Source: Mytilus californianus
Taxonomy: Eukaryota
Assembly: GCF_021869535.1 (NCBI RefSeq)
Contig: NW_026262701.1
Span: 98,394,001 to 98,458,000, forward strand
Direction of reading: 5' to 3'
Length of the DNA: 64,000 nt
Notes under the pieces: model-generated
The model's input: only the letters and a program-made list of their open reading frames with translations
Database searches by the model: none
Told to the model about the DNA's origin: nothing
In this document: piece by piece, positions 49,069 through 60,550 of the stretch
Layout of the letters: the number at the start of each line of letters is the position of its first letter
Numbering within the stretch: the first letter of the stretch is position 1
Made by a program: the position numbers and the translations under genes

Positions 49069-51351
49069 TTCGAAATCAGACGCATAAATATGCTTTAGTT
49101 GAATTATGAGTCCAAAGTCAATGACAGAACTTGATAGAATAACGCATATCGACCTCAATAGTCAAACGTCAAGGGAAATAAGTACCACTTTTTCGACAAA
49201 TCATGGAAATCTGCTAAACATCTGGTATACATATAAAAATCGCTTTAAGGATAACTAGTGTGTGTCGCTTTCTCTTAATTTATGACATAAATATATCATG
49301 AACTAAATTCCAAACTATCAAAAAATTTGAATTTAAACTGTCACGTTTAACATGAATATTTACAAGTATTTATATCATTAGCCTTTAAAATTTAAAATAT
49401 CAATCTACATGCATATTTAATTTGCCAACAATGTCCATGATATTTATATTTTGATATAATTCGCTATTCAAAGCTGCAATAATTTTCCATTATCAATTCT
49501 CATTCTGCATAATGAATGGAAGTAATTTGCATACCGCTGATGTCATTCTTGAGGAAATGCCCCTTGTTTTTTTGTGCGAAACTGTCAACAATCTAGCTTT
49601 CCATAATCTTTGTTAGAACTAATTTCAGCAAAATTACATTTACGCAAATTTAGCAACAAGTTTGCAAATTTTAAATATATTTACAACGACCATACATAGA
49701 GTGTTTTTATGCTATGGTTCTTATTTTCCAGAATGACTACGTTAGATGCAAATAAACTGATGTAAAGAACCTTAATGTAAGTAGAAATTCTATTATATTC
49801 AATATTATAACAAATAACAAGCTGTGTTACATACCCTGTTTTTGCAAATGATGTCCAATACTGGATGAGATTTCTAGACAGTTTCATACCGTCGGTGGAT
49901 ACCGCTTCAGGTCTGAACATGTAAATAAGTTCGTCTGCATGACCACTACCATTGAACCAAGACGGGAAAGGTCCACCCCACGGCTCTGGACTTGGCATGG
50001 AAAATTGATAATAATATGTCGTCGCTCCATACATAGAATGTAATTCCAACATCTTTATTGTTGGGTAAACAAACATGATATCTGCATAAAAATGTGTAGC
50101 AAGAAGGCTCTGTTCATTTGGAGAGTTTGCAACAAAGTAAAAATCACACAATTGACGTTTTACTTCCTCATTTTGTTTCAGATATGTTTTGACATATTCG
50201 GCTATAACTTCTTCACAAGCCACTCTGTGTGGTATACCTTCATTCAGTGAAAAATTAAATCGCTCCTGAATTTGTGGAAATAAATAGATGACTAATATCG
50301 AGCCTTCGTTAGAAGTTGTTCCAGCAATCATGTCCAGAGAACGAAAGAATGTAGCTACGGCAGAAGAAGGGTCCTCCAGAGAAAGTATTGGATTTTCTGG
50401 AAACAGTTCACCGTCTACTACTGGGTAATTGTCCGACGCGTAGTATACTTTATCGAGTTGAGCAGTGGCATAAAAATCTGTATAACTTAATAGATCTTGG
50501 ACTGATAAATTCCTCAGACAATCAACAAACGCATATTCATCATCAATTGAACAGCCAGTTCTATTTGCTAGACCTGTAGCATATTCCCTGATAGCCTCCG
50601 GTTTACGCATTAGAATTTTGCTATGAACACCACTCTGACATATAACTCTCTGAAACAAGCCTTTGTTCGAAGAAATCAGGGACTGCAGTGATGTACTCAT
50701 TGCACCTGCTGATTCTCCGAATATCGTTACGGAATCTGGATTGCCACCGAAAGCTTCAATATTATCGTGCACCCATTGTATTGCTAGTTTTTGATCCCAT
50801 AAACCAAAATTTCCTCTAGCGGCCGGATGGTCCATAGCTAAAAATCCAAACACACCCAATCTATAATTAAGAGTAACGACAATAACATTTCCTGTCATGG
50901 CAAATTCTGTAACATCGTCCTGATGTCCATAGCCAAGTTCAAATCCACCGCCATGAATCCATACCATAACGGAATATAGTTTCGTTTTACTGATCACTTT
51001 TGGTATGTGGATGTTAAGAAATAGACAGTCCTCTGAAATACCAGATGTATACGATGTCATTTCGGATTCTGGTACGTTTTGAGAGCACGCGGCACCGAAT
51101 GACGTAGCATTTAGCGTGTGTATCCAGTTACCCATAGGTTGTGGTTTCTGGAATCTCCGTTGGCCTACTGGGGGTTTAGCATATGGTATGCCAAGGAATT
51201 CGAATATAGTATCACCAGTCGTATTAAATGTTCTTTGTATACCTCGAACTTGTCCTGACGGTGTTGGTATAGATACATAATCTACTTTGTCAAGGCAGTT
51301 GGATAACGATAGCACAGGAAGCAAAATCAGTATATAGCATAACATTTGCAT
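38357..51351 (-). CDS. Secreted, probably GPI-anchored triple-domain type-B carboxylesterase (4 coding exons, predicted 1690 aa)
   Basis: Exons 49835-51351 (1517 nt), 46406-48019 (1614), 40626-42239 (1614), 38357-38684 (328 incl. stop) total 5073 nt in one frame. All three introns are phase 2 in the same Gly codon (ACA GG|gtatgt/gtacgt ... ag|). Three sets of FLGIPYAKPP, SEDCLFL, HGGGF, GESAG, NEG, GHADE motifs. Confidence 0.85.
38795..39060 (+). mobile_element. tRNA-derived SINE (CORE-domain-like) in esterase intron 3
   Basis: A-box-like ggtggtttaatag, B-box-like ggtttgaacccc, followed by ggtcaaaccaaa...ggtatttgttgcttttccgct. Confidence 0.65.
39069..39966 (-). mobile_element. 5'-truncated Penelope-like retroelement (RT C-terminus, 3' UTR with SECIS-like hairpin), sense to the esterase
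   Basis: Minus-strand translation KDIIRKYNSTCRHLIRSGISHPIFCGNILYKAQK...RSLKIAYFGFNIDSLIGSLHRN* (stop 39714-39716, one 4-bp indel) aligns with the C-terminus of ORF 43852-44385. Confidence 0.8.
39590..39672 (-). promoter_or_regulatory. SECIS-like (type II) hairpin
   Basis: ATGA-N12-AA-N25-GA; UGAU/UGAU quartet; helix II 9 of 10 pairs (ggtataatac / gggattgtgcc); apical mini-stem cct-aac-agg; helix I cata/tatg. Confidence 0.65.
40201..40250 (-). ncRNA. Degenerate minimal type I hammerhead ribozyme within a retrozyme-like fragment (~40160-40365)
   Basis: Minus strand: AUGAUGA-GUC-uuuagca-GGC-GAAA-CGCG-UUUC; the CUGAUGA core and the GUC cleavage triplet are mutated. Confidence 0.55.
40626..42239 (-). 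CDS. Carboxylesterase exon 3: C-terminus of domain 2 + body of domain 3
   Basis: Same acceptor and same 1614-nt length as exon 2; donor GG|gtacgt. Confidence 0.9.
42901..43048 (+). mobile_element. 148-bp short interspersed repeat insertion
   Basis: Absent at the paralogous site (48671-48690); flanked by tttta; inverse copy of the same family at ~33670-33800. Confidence 0.85.
43280..45491 (+). mobile_element. 5'-truncated Penelope-like RT retroelement (RT remnant 43280-44385, long 3' UTR) inserted into a SINE
   Basis: YDFSTLYTTLPH, GIPMGTNCAP, FRYLDDIF, IYDKRDDF motifs over three ORF pieces (two frameshifts, one TAA); no C-terminal GIY-YIG domain; empty site at 48906-48925. Confidence 0.85.
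44521..44578 (+). promoter_or_regulatory. SECIS-like hairpin in the retroelement 3' UTR
   Basis: ATGA(44529)-N12-AA-N22-GA(44569); UGAC/UGAU quartet; helix II 8 of 10 pairs incl. wobble; apical tcc/gga mini-stem; helix I gact/agtc. Confidence 0.55.
46406..48019 (-). CDS. Carboxylesterase exon 2: C-terminus of domain 1 + body of domain 2
   Basis: Acceptor tttgtttcag|C at 48020/48019; begins SPNQFGESVYWEQFD...KLWSEIYP (COesterase C-terminal segment), runs into ITITTPSG of a new domain; donor GG|gtatgt. Confidence 0.88.
48795..49068 (+). mobile_element. Intact tRNA-derived SINE with (TCAA)n tail (V-domain-like); its paralog is split into 43162-43279 and 45492-45638
   Basis: A box tggccgagtggtc, B box gttcgaaccc, body ttcggcttcctccaacaataaaa, microsatellite tail. 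Confidence 0.8.
49835..51351 (-). CDS. Carboxylesterase exon 1: signal peptide + N-terminal ~485 aa of domain 1
   Basis: MQMLCYILILLPVLSLSNC hydrophobic leader (ATG 51349-51351, alternative ATG 51343-51345), then DYVSIPTPSG...GESAG...GHADEL...WTSFAKTG; donor GG|gtatgt. Confidence 0.9.
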
Positions 51352-52589
51352 AGTGTTAAAACAAACCAACGAAAATCCGAATTTATGTTCTTGCTTGATA
51401 CAGGTTAGTTGTTTGAAACATGAACTGGATGTCCTTTTAATAACAGAACTGCACAGTTGAAGTTGTGTTTTGATCCTCAATTATCACTTTTTAACGGTTT
51501 AATTATTATCACTAAATTTAAATAATTTAAAAGCAATCAGTTTGAGAACAGATATTTTGGGATTTAATTCGTTCTTAAGTGGCGTGTTCAATATCTGTGT
51601 CAGCCACTCACCAAACTGTTCAATTTCTCACTTCGTTCTAGAGTATAACCATCACTCTGAAAAGAATTGAATGTTTGTCCAGTTTACTAAAATAAAGGCG
51701 ATAAAATATGACAGAATTGAGATTGGAAACGGGGGAATATGTCAAAAAGACAACAACCCGACCAAAGAGCAGAAAATGTCTTATTTAAAACAACATATTG
51801 ATCTACTATCGTCTGTGTCAAAGATCCTTAAGAAAATCATCTTTTTAAAGGCTATACAATTTGTGTGCGTTTTGTTAAATGCATGATGCACGTATCACTG
51901 CAAATTTTGGCTTTAAGAAAAACGATTCAACAGGATGAACTTATTTATATTACTGACGATACAAGTCATTTTAACAGTAAAGATAGATAAACAATCTTTT
52001 TTATATGTGTTTAAGTCCTTTATGGTTTTATTAAAGTTTGGCACAAAGGCCTTGTTTCACACATAATAAAATTGGCAGATGTGGTTCTCTATTGTCTCTT
52101 TCAGAAAGTAACCGTGTGGTTCGTAGTCAAAGAGTGGCCAGACATCATCGAGTTAACTCACTCCTACTGGTTTACCCCATAATTCTATATTCGGTCCACT
52201 TTTTTTTCCTTATTTATGTTAATGATATTAAAGAAGGCATAATCAGCAATACACAATTGTTTGTTGATAATACTTCCCTCGTCAAAAAAAAATGAAGACA
52301 ATCTCGGAGGGAACGGGGTTTATTGATCTTCTTAATTAAATAAAATCTTTTAATAGATTATGTCTGTAATTTCCGTCCATTATTCCATCATACCACTGAA
52401 AACTCCAACTTAAGATGTCATGCCTAGTTGATACCCATCAGATCGAAAACAAAAGTATGATACAATTTTTTTTTCTTCTAGCTACGATAAGAAACTGGAA
52501 TAGCTTGTCAGCTGAACAGAAGTAATTTTGGTATGTTTTAAAAGGTTATTAAAGAAGAATCTGAATTTGTGTAGTAAAAAATATATTCA

Positions 52590-55500
52590 CGTGGGCATGG
52601 TTATATGAGATGTTATCAGATTATTACATGTGATTTTTCATATCAGATGTATTATCAGCCCAAGGTTAAATATAAGCCATATATAAAATCTTTCTATCAA
52701 ATGCCTAAACAGAGGAGAAAAACAACAGTATAATGTATCTTTATATTGACGGTAAAAAAAAATCAACAAAACATAATGAACACTGTTTGGAAAAGTTAAC
52801 ATTTGTAAAGTAACTTGCTATATTATGCTGGAAACTTTGAAAAATGCATTTATTGTATCATTTGTTTTGCAATTTGCATAATATATATTTTCCTGTTTCC
52901 TTATATTTGTTTTGTACCCTATTTTGTTATGTTTTTCACTGAAAACGCACCATTGAGGTGTATTTTCCGGAATTTCCCGAGTAACGTTGGATGGGTAAAT
53001 TCAGTAAAATATCTCCCATTGACTTTAATGCAAATCTATGTTTTGAATGAAATTTAAACCAGATTTACCTTTACAAATCAGAAGCTTTCATATTTCATTC
53101 ATTAAAGTACAAATGTAGCCCCATCTTTTGCAACAATAAAAACATATAGGGTCATGCGGCATTTTTGGGCATTCACATGGCCTTGTTTACAAACACTGTA
53201 GATTCGCATTTAATTCCTATACTGACCCCCATTACTTTTCAACCCTGTAGTAAAAAAAAAATAAGTGCATTCAACATTCATTGTTTTATTTTTTTAACTT
53301 TAGTTTTGATCCATCTATCAAAAAATAATTATTACAATACATTATCTACCAATCAGAAGAGTGTAGGACTTCAGTGTTTTACAGAAAGCTCTCCCCCAAA
53401 TTGGCGGTCCCTGATGACGTATATTTATTTACTGAATTTACCCCTGGAATGCCATGCGATAACGTTACGGAAAGGCATGCGATAATAACCGGAAGCAGTT
53501 GATAAATTTTTCATATCAGACCGCTAAGCACCATTTTGGAAAATATGGAATTCACGTAAATTTAATGCTATTATCATACTGTAAAGATTATAAGTTATTT
53601 ACTCTAAGTACATGATGATATCAGATTATTAAATGGTATTTTTCATATCAGATGTATTCAGCCCAAGAGACGAAGGCTCGAGGGTTGATATTAACCGAGG
53701 GCTGATAATACATCTGATTTAAAAAAAATGACATATTATATATGATCTTTTTATCATATGCTTCAACAATTGAGAAAAATAGCAGTTCAAAGATATCGAT
53801 CCTTTACGTGGTTCTCAAGTAGAAGTTCAAAAAATTAAAAGTTTATGGACGACGGACGCCAAATGTAATACACCCGATATGAAATATTTCTATCATATGC
53901 CTCAACAGAGGAGAAAAACAACAGTATAATATTTTTTTATATTGACGATAAAAAAAACCATCAAAACAAAATGAAAAATGACATGTAATGATCTTTTAAT
54001 CATATACTTCAGCAGAAGAAATACAGACAAGAACTATTTTTAAAACTTTGAAAAATGCATTTATTGTATCATTTGTTTTGCATTTTACATTTTATATTTT
54101 CCTGTTTCCTTATATTTGTTTTGAACCCTACTTTATTGTTATGTTTTTCACTGAAAACGTACATTTAAAGTGTATTTTCCGGAATTTGCCGAGTGACGCC
54201 GGAATGCCATGCGATAATAACCGGAAGCAGTTGATAATGTTTTCATATCAGCCCGCTAAGCACCATTTCGGAAAATATGGAATTCACGTAAATTTAATGC
54301 TATTATCATACTGTAAAATTAAAAGTTACTAGAACACACCCGCGAAAGCGCAGTCTTTTAGAGCATGGTTGAAAGTATGTAAACTGTTGTAGGATGAATT
54401 TTTGTAAAAGATTTTATGACTGGAGAATTTCAGGAAATGTATCAAAAGTCATTAAGGTACTTTGGGACACTATAGTATTTTTTTTCGCCCTCCCCTTTTT
54501 TCCAAAGTCCGTTATTTTTTGTTTTCTGTTAATTTCAATTATGTTTGCGTTTTTCTGTATACTATGAACATACACATACTATAAATAAAGTGCATTTGCT
54601 ATTTACTATCAATTCCAAGTTTACTATCCACGGTCGGGTGGTCACTGATATATTATATATAGACTCTCTATAGACTACCTATAGGACACAGAGGCGTGAT
54701 GATTAATTTATTGTGAAAGGAAGAGAAGCGACACACAAAATGAGGTCTTCTCATTTAATAGTATAGATTTACTCTAAGAACATGATGATATATAGATTAT
54801 AACATGGCATTTTTCATATCAGACCCCTTATCAGCCCGAGAGCCGACAGGCTCGAGGGATGATTTTGACCATGGGCTGATAAGGGGTCTGATATGAAAAA
54901 TGACATGTTATGTTCTTTTTATCATATACTTCAGCAGAAGACATACAGACAAAAACTATTTTTAAAACTTTGTTGTAATATTTGTTTTGCATTTTTTAAT
55001 AATATATTTTCTTGATTCCTAATATTTTTTTCATCCAACTATGTTTATTTTACACAAAATATGTACCATTGAGGTGTATTTTCCGGAATTTGCCGAATGA
55101 CGTCGAATTGTCATGCGATAACGTTACAGAAAATCATGCTCTTATAACCGGAAGCAGTTAATATAAAACGGAAGCAGTTGATATAAACCGGAAGCAGTTG
55201 ATAACAAAAGTCATATCACACGGCTAAAGCAATTCTTCAAATTTAATGAATAAATATATGTACAAATTAGTTTTATCATGGGGTACAATTATACCATTAT
55301 TTTCTATAAGTATATAATAAATCAGATTATCATATACTTGTATAAAACATTACTTAAATTTTACATTTCAATTACATTTAAAAATATTAAAAGGCTATGA
55401 AGAGATTACTATGTTTATTAACCAGATTGCTAAGAATTTCCTCGGCGGGCTGATAAACTAACCTTTATTGACTGCTTCCGGAATATTATCACATGCCTTT

Positions 55501-56070
55501 CCGGTAACGTCCGTGACGTTTATCACACGCAACTTCGTGCATTTCCGGAAATTTGTTTGAAAAACGACAACACAGTGCGGAAATCCGCAAGTGATTTAAG
55601 ACTTTTCACAAAATGGTTGAGGAGCAACAATGAATAAAGATTAAACATGTTTTAAAAGACATATCAAACTTTGAGTCCAACTCTAGACAGGTTCCAGCCC
55701 CAACAACTTCAGGCATAAATGAGATGCCAGAAATCGTCCATGACAATTATAAAGGAAAAACTATGCACATATTTTCGGGGGCAACCATCACAGGAAAGGT
55801 GACAATAAATGTTTCAAACTAAGAACATGATAATTGTTGTGACAAGATAAATAAAATGCTTGTAATATCAATAAAAGCAATTAAGGTTAAGAAATTTGTA
55901 TTTGGTTGTCTGTAAATTATTATCTAAAAGTTCAAAGAAAGACAAAATTTTAATAATTCTTGTCTGTATTTCTTCTGCTGAAGTATATGATAAAAAGATC
56001 ACTACATGTCATTTTTCATATCAGACCCTTCATCGGCCCTCGCTCATGATATCAGCCCTCGAGCCTGGGT
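52590..56070. repeat. Cluster of about three degenerate direct copies plus inverted pieces of a hairpin-bearing repeat, upstream of the esterase
   Basis: ttttcatatcaga...cagccc, aatgcatttattgtatcatttgttttgca and taaccggaagcagttgata blocks recur at ~52.6-53.0, 53.4-54.3 and 54.8-55.2 kb; inverted at ~55450-55540 and ~55990-56070; hairpins at 53633-53733 and 54801-54908. Confidence 0.7.
54329..54767 (+). mobile_element. Helitron/Helentron-type non-autonomous insertion
   Basis: Starts ctagaacacacccg, ends tttaatagtataga; removal restores aagttatttactctaag seen uninterrupted at ~53592-53608; no TSD. Confidence 0.65.
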
Positions 56071-58370
56071 TACCTTCAGGATTTACTTTTGTCTTGTTTT
56101 AAAAGCTTTAAAAGAACTGCTTAATTATTCATCCGAAGCACCTGGGTTACCTTACAATTTGCGTCCTGTCGTTCATAGAAATATTTTGTTTATTGTATTT
56201 TTTTGTGTTTTGTATGGTATTTCATTGAGTTCTTTTTTATAGTTGCATTTCGTGTGCCAGAAATTATGAAAGCTCGACGTCTGTGACGTCATTCGATAAA
56301 TGACGTCACGCCCTAATGACCGTTTCATTTAGGACGCATTGAGGATAATTATTCCGTGAGGTATAAATCGATAAATCCAATAATATCTCTTCCTTGTGGA
56401 ACACCGACAGGAGGCAAGGGTATTGCAGAAAGGATATAAAACCCAGAAGGAAAGCCGAGAAAAATTAGTATTTGATGAGAGAAACAAATTTCCCACCAAC
56501 CCTTAAAAATTAAAGCAATATGTACTTGCTATTTTAAATTTTTGCGTTTTCGAAATCAATAGCGACGGACCATTTAAATTAAATGGATGTTTACCCGAGG
56601 TCAGAACTTTTGGACGGTTTGCACACAATGTCAAACCGACTTATTATATAGTATGATGAAATCCAGCTGGTAGGCGGGTGGGCTAGCGGGACAGAGGGTA
56701 CCCGTTTTAAGTAATAAACTCCTCACCTAGGCGTCTTTAAACTTTGTACAATGTATGTATAATGTAATGTGAAACTCTTTTTATGGATTCATTTTTGATA
56801 TAGTTTGCCTTGGTTTTTTTTCGGAGGTTGAAACTTCGTGAATTTTTGGCATTTGTACAAATGGCCAACATGACACCTTTATGGCCTCGCTAGCCCTCAT
56901 TAGACCTTGGGAACGATTTTATATATAATAAATTGTTAATACCTACTCAGGAAAAGCTTAATATCCCTTATATTATTTTCATGTAAAACGTGACTGGTTC
57001 GACCCAAAGAAATGAGGATCATTTGAAAAGACATCCCTTACACATTCATGCAAAGTTTAAAACATTTCACATTGTAATTTCTGAGGTTTGAAATTCTCTT
57101 ACCCGTTAGACACGCCTTTCAAACAGCCCGAAAAGTACTCCCTGTCATATACCCTTTAATGCACGTATTTTCTTTGTTTAACTCTAATTTTAACTAAGTT
57201 TTAAAAAGAGGGTTCTATGTAAAATGTGACTCGTTTTTCGCAGGTTTGACACCCTAAATACATATTCCTGCATATTTCTCGTTGAGGTTTCTGTTCATGC
57301 TGCGAGAACACAAATACACGCGTAGATACCGATTCTTTATGAAATCTATGCACTAAATACTTCTTAGTCGAAATTAAAAAATAGGCGACAAGTACGTGGC
57401 GGCAGGTATAAAATGCCCACAGCAATTTACAGGAATTTTCATGCCATTTACAGACCACACACTGATCATCGGGACAATTTTACTCCAGATACCGGCATTG
57501 CATACCTATGCAGAATTTTGTCGACAATAGGAATCATATAATATTCACACACAGTAGTTTTCTAGGACAACAGGATGTTGCTCAACAGTTTAATTTGCTG
57601 CCTTCAATTGGCCAGGTATGGAATTAGATTTCCCCCAGGATTTTAATTGTCATTTTAGGTAAAGAAATATACCACATGTGTTCTTCGCTCGTTATTCTCT
57701 ACGGGCCTTATAAACCTAGAGCTACACGTAGACCAAGAGCAGAAATAATACAATGTAAAAATTGAAATTATCGTTCGGGTGTCGGATATATGTGGAACAC
57801 GCTATCAGGCGCTCAAAAACTTTCAAAGTCCGTGGAAGCATTTGAAACATAAAAAAAAATTAACTAGACTGTAGAGTTTTGTGCGTGTTTAGTAGGGATT
57901 GATTGGTTGTTTTTCTTTATCGTCCAGTGACAAATAGTTCATGCATCATCAAGACAAATTAATATGTTCGAAAAACAGTAATTAATTAAAAAAAAAATCA
58001 AACTGGCTGATTATGTGATTTTTTTTTCAAATCTTGAAGTGCATACTTGAAAAACCATCAACCCCCTTTCCCCGCACACACGGACACCTTTCCCGTCCTA
58101 TAGTCACAAGTAATGATATCAGAAAGTGATTATTCTTAACTAATATAATTTTAAATAAACCAAGAAATGTGTAGGATACATTTGAAGGCTGATTAACATC
58201 ACACAAATTGAATTTTACCGGTTTTAATCAATAATCAATGTTTTGACACAGTCCCCACATTTAAAGTCTAATTTGTCAACCTCCGCGTCGAGTATATACC
58301 TTTTCGTAACACGTCTTATAAAAATATTAATATTCAAAATGATGATAATAACAACAACAACAACAACAAT

Positions 58371-58786
58371 AAACAGCTGCGACACGAGCGCATGATACGC
58401 CCGTCGTCTTTTGTGTGAAGTTTTATGCAATAATCATAAATAGTTTCTGAGATACGGCGCGACATGTGAAAACCCCCCTTTTATTACAAAAAAACTCAAT
58501 AACTCTAAAATAAAATTTTGAATCATCACCAAAAAGTATACAGATCTTTAGATTAATATAAAGTCCCGTAACTCAAAAAGTTTTAATCTTATTTTCACCA
58601 AAAAGTATACAGATCGTTTGACCATCATAAGAAACAACTATGTTAAGTTTCATGAAATTTGGATAAGTTGTTCTCAAGTTACGGTGCGACATGTGGACGC
58701 CGGACAGACGGACAGACAGACGGACGGACGCCGGACATTTGTATACCATAATACGTCCCGTCAAAATTTTGACGGGCGTATAAAAA
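58371..58786 (+). mobile_element. Pearl/MgE/DINE-1-like (HINE) element
   Basis: Subterminal inverted repeat atacgcccgtc / gacgggcgtat, duplicated core, (gacg/gaca)n microsatellite, 3' hairpin cccgtcaaaattttgacggg, A tail. Confidence 0.8.
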
Positions 58787-60149
58787 CATCAACAAAAGTA
58801 AGAAGTATGAAAACATCAATAATATGTAATGATACATAAATGTTGTTTATCGAACTACTCGTGATTTTCCTTATTTGGAAAATGAGGTCGGAATCCCTCA
58901 AAATTTCTAAAATTTCCGGCGTCCCTCACTGCAACAACCCAACGACACAAAAACCAAAAGACGTCTAAAGATAAACATACAAAAGACAAGTGTATGTACA
59001 AAATGTCAAGCCCTTAATCCATCTAAGTTTAAAAAAAAAAGAAAAAAAGGGAGAAAAGAATCAATTTGATAGAGACTATACAAAGTTGTATCGTCTCAGA
59101 CGTATGTAATGCATAAACAACTGATAATAAAATATAGACAATATAGTATACTATACAAAGACTTATTTTGAAGACAAATTTCTACATTCAGGTTACTTCT
59201 TCTATACTACTTATATGGCTTTGAACGATTTTTGCACTTTTTCTGTCATTTTCTCTTGGTATTTTTGACCATATACAGAATGGTGTGTTATTAACTTGCT
59301 TCAAGAGTAGCCAATGATTGTACGTCCAGAAACACGTCTTACGCAATGGAATTGGTGTCATAAAAATAAAACGAGATGAGGGATATACAACAACAACAAA
59401 AAATAAAGAAACAATAGTAAAACACACACAAAAGAAAGACAAAAATAAGAAAAATGAAATTAAAAAGAGAGAAAATTTTCTTTTTTGAACATTAGATACA
59501 CAAACGATCACAAACTCAAGTCTTACCTGGTGACAGTTTTTAACAAATAACAAATAAGAATTAAGTCATGTACTGATATTTAAACTAAATTGTAAATTTG
59601 TATAAATGTCACATGATATCTGAAGGACTTCATGATCAATGGAACAAACCTTAAATAAAAGAAATGATTTATTGAACAGTATAAAGTATTTACAACTTTC
59701 TTTGACCACTATTAACATTAGAGGAGATGTTTAAATATAATAATGACCATTACCGTTGTGGCTTGTTAGTGCTCGATTCGTACATAGTTTAATTAAAAAC
59801 GCAAGGGCCGTGTGCAGAATTTCTGCGCCAGCATAACACCGGAATGACATATCAAGGTCATCCGCTGCATAAATTCACAACGTATCATTCCTTCACGTTT
59901 GTGTAAAAGTGAAATCTTAACTTTTTAGTAATTTATATGCAATATTTCAAATTTATCGATTTTCATAGATTTTCAAGAATAAAACATAAATATCTATATT
60001 CTATTTATTTATTTATATATCTATACACTTAAACCTTATTTTGTCCATATATATGTTAGACTTTAGTTAGTCATAGCTTCGAGCTTAATAGTAAATAAAT
60101 AAAGGAACCTGTATAAAGCGGACCCTCTGGTAAAAAGTACAGAATAATG

Positions 60150-60550
60150 ATCACCCTTGACTTCTCTCATTCATCAGTAGAATCCATGCCCCAGAATGAC
60201 GTCCGTTTTTTGTTGTGCGGGACATATACATGCACCGCCACGTCAGATTGGAACAGGGACGATTAATGTTATATGCATCTTTTATGGAGAGTACCACACT
60301 CCTTCCCTTCTAAAACACTTGCAAAAACCTTTTGATGGGTTCGTAGATGGCCTGTTGTGAAAGATACAATGTCTGCCCCTATATCCAACATACCCTCACT
60401 ATCCGCTCTAAATCGCGGTCGACCAACTCGCAGAGCCTAATACCTACTGGAATAATTGTTTCAATTTGTCAATTTCTTCTTGTCATGAATATGCATAAAC
60501 TATTTGCCAATGGACGTTTATCAAACCGTGGCAATAATCAGTCAGTCAAA
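60150..60550 (+). mobile_element. SINE copy homologous to 36235-36565
   Basis: Shared agagtaccacac/tagtaccacgc, cgtag.tggcct, cggtcgacc and tail motifs. Confidence 0.55.

Larger units (their letters stand above)
41955..51170. repeat. Recent direct tandem duplication (copy A ~47741-51170; copy B ~41955-47740, carrying 2.2-kb and 148-bp insertions)
   Basis: 46250-47740 matches 49680-51170 (offset 3429) with only a few substitutions seen; 45492-46250 matches 48916-49680; 41955-42900 matches 47735-48680; 43049-43279 matches 48682-48912. Confidence 0.92.

Noticed and set aside
41179-50579. Repeated small ORFs (41179-41370, 46959-47150, 50388-50579 on +; 42157-42393, 47937-48173 on -)
   Set aside because: Antisense or alternative-frame shadows of the duplicated esterase exons; their recurrence is explained by the duplication.
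38357-51351. Calling the esterase acetylcholinesterase or neuroligin
   Set aside because: The omega loop lacks the choline-binding Trp (EMWNPN-type motif), and the catalytic Ser is intact with no transmembrane or cytoplasmic PDZ tail.
40526-51480. Three separate tandem carboxylesterase genes, as the ORF track suggests
   Set aside because: The ORFs at 40526-42289 and 46252-48099 begin in intron sequence (MSSLFKISS...), lack signal peptides and start with a domain C-terminus. All three end by reading through a GT donor into non-homologous sequence. The upstream TTG start at 51480 is also outside the likely CDS.
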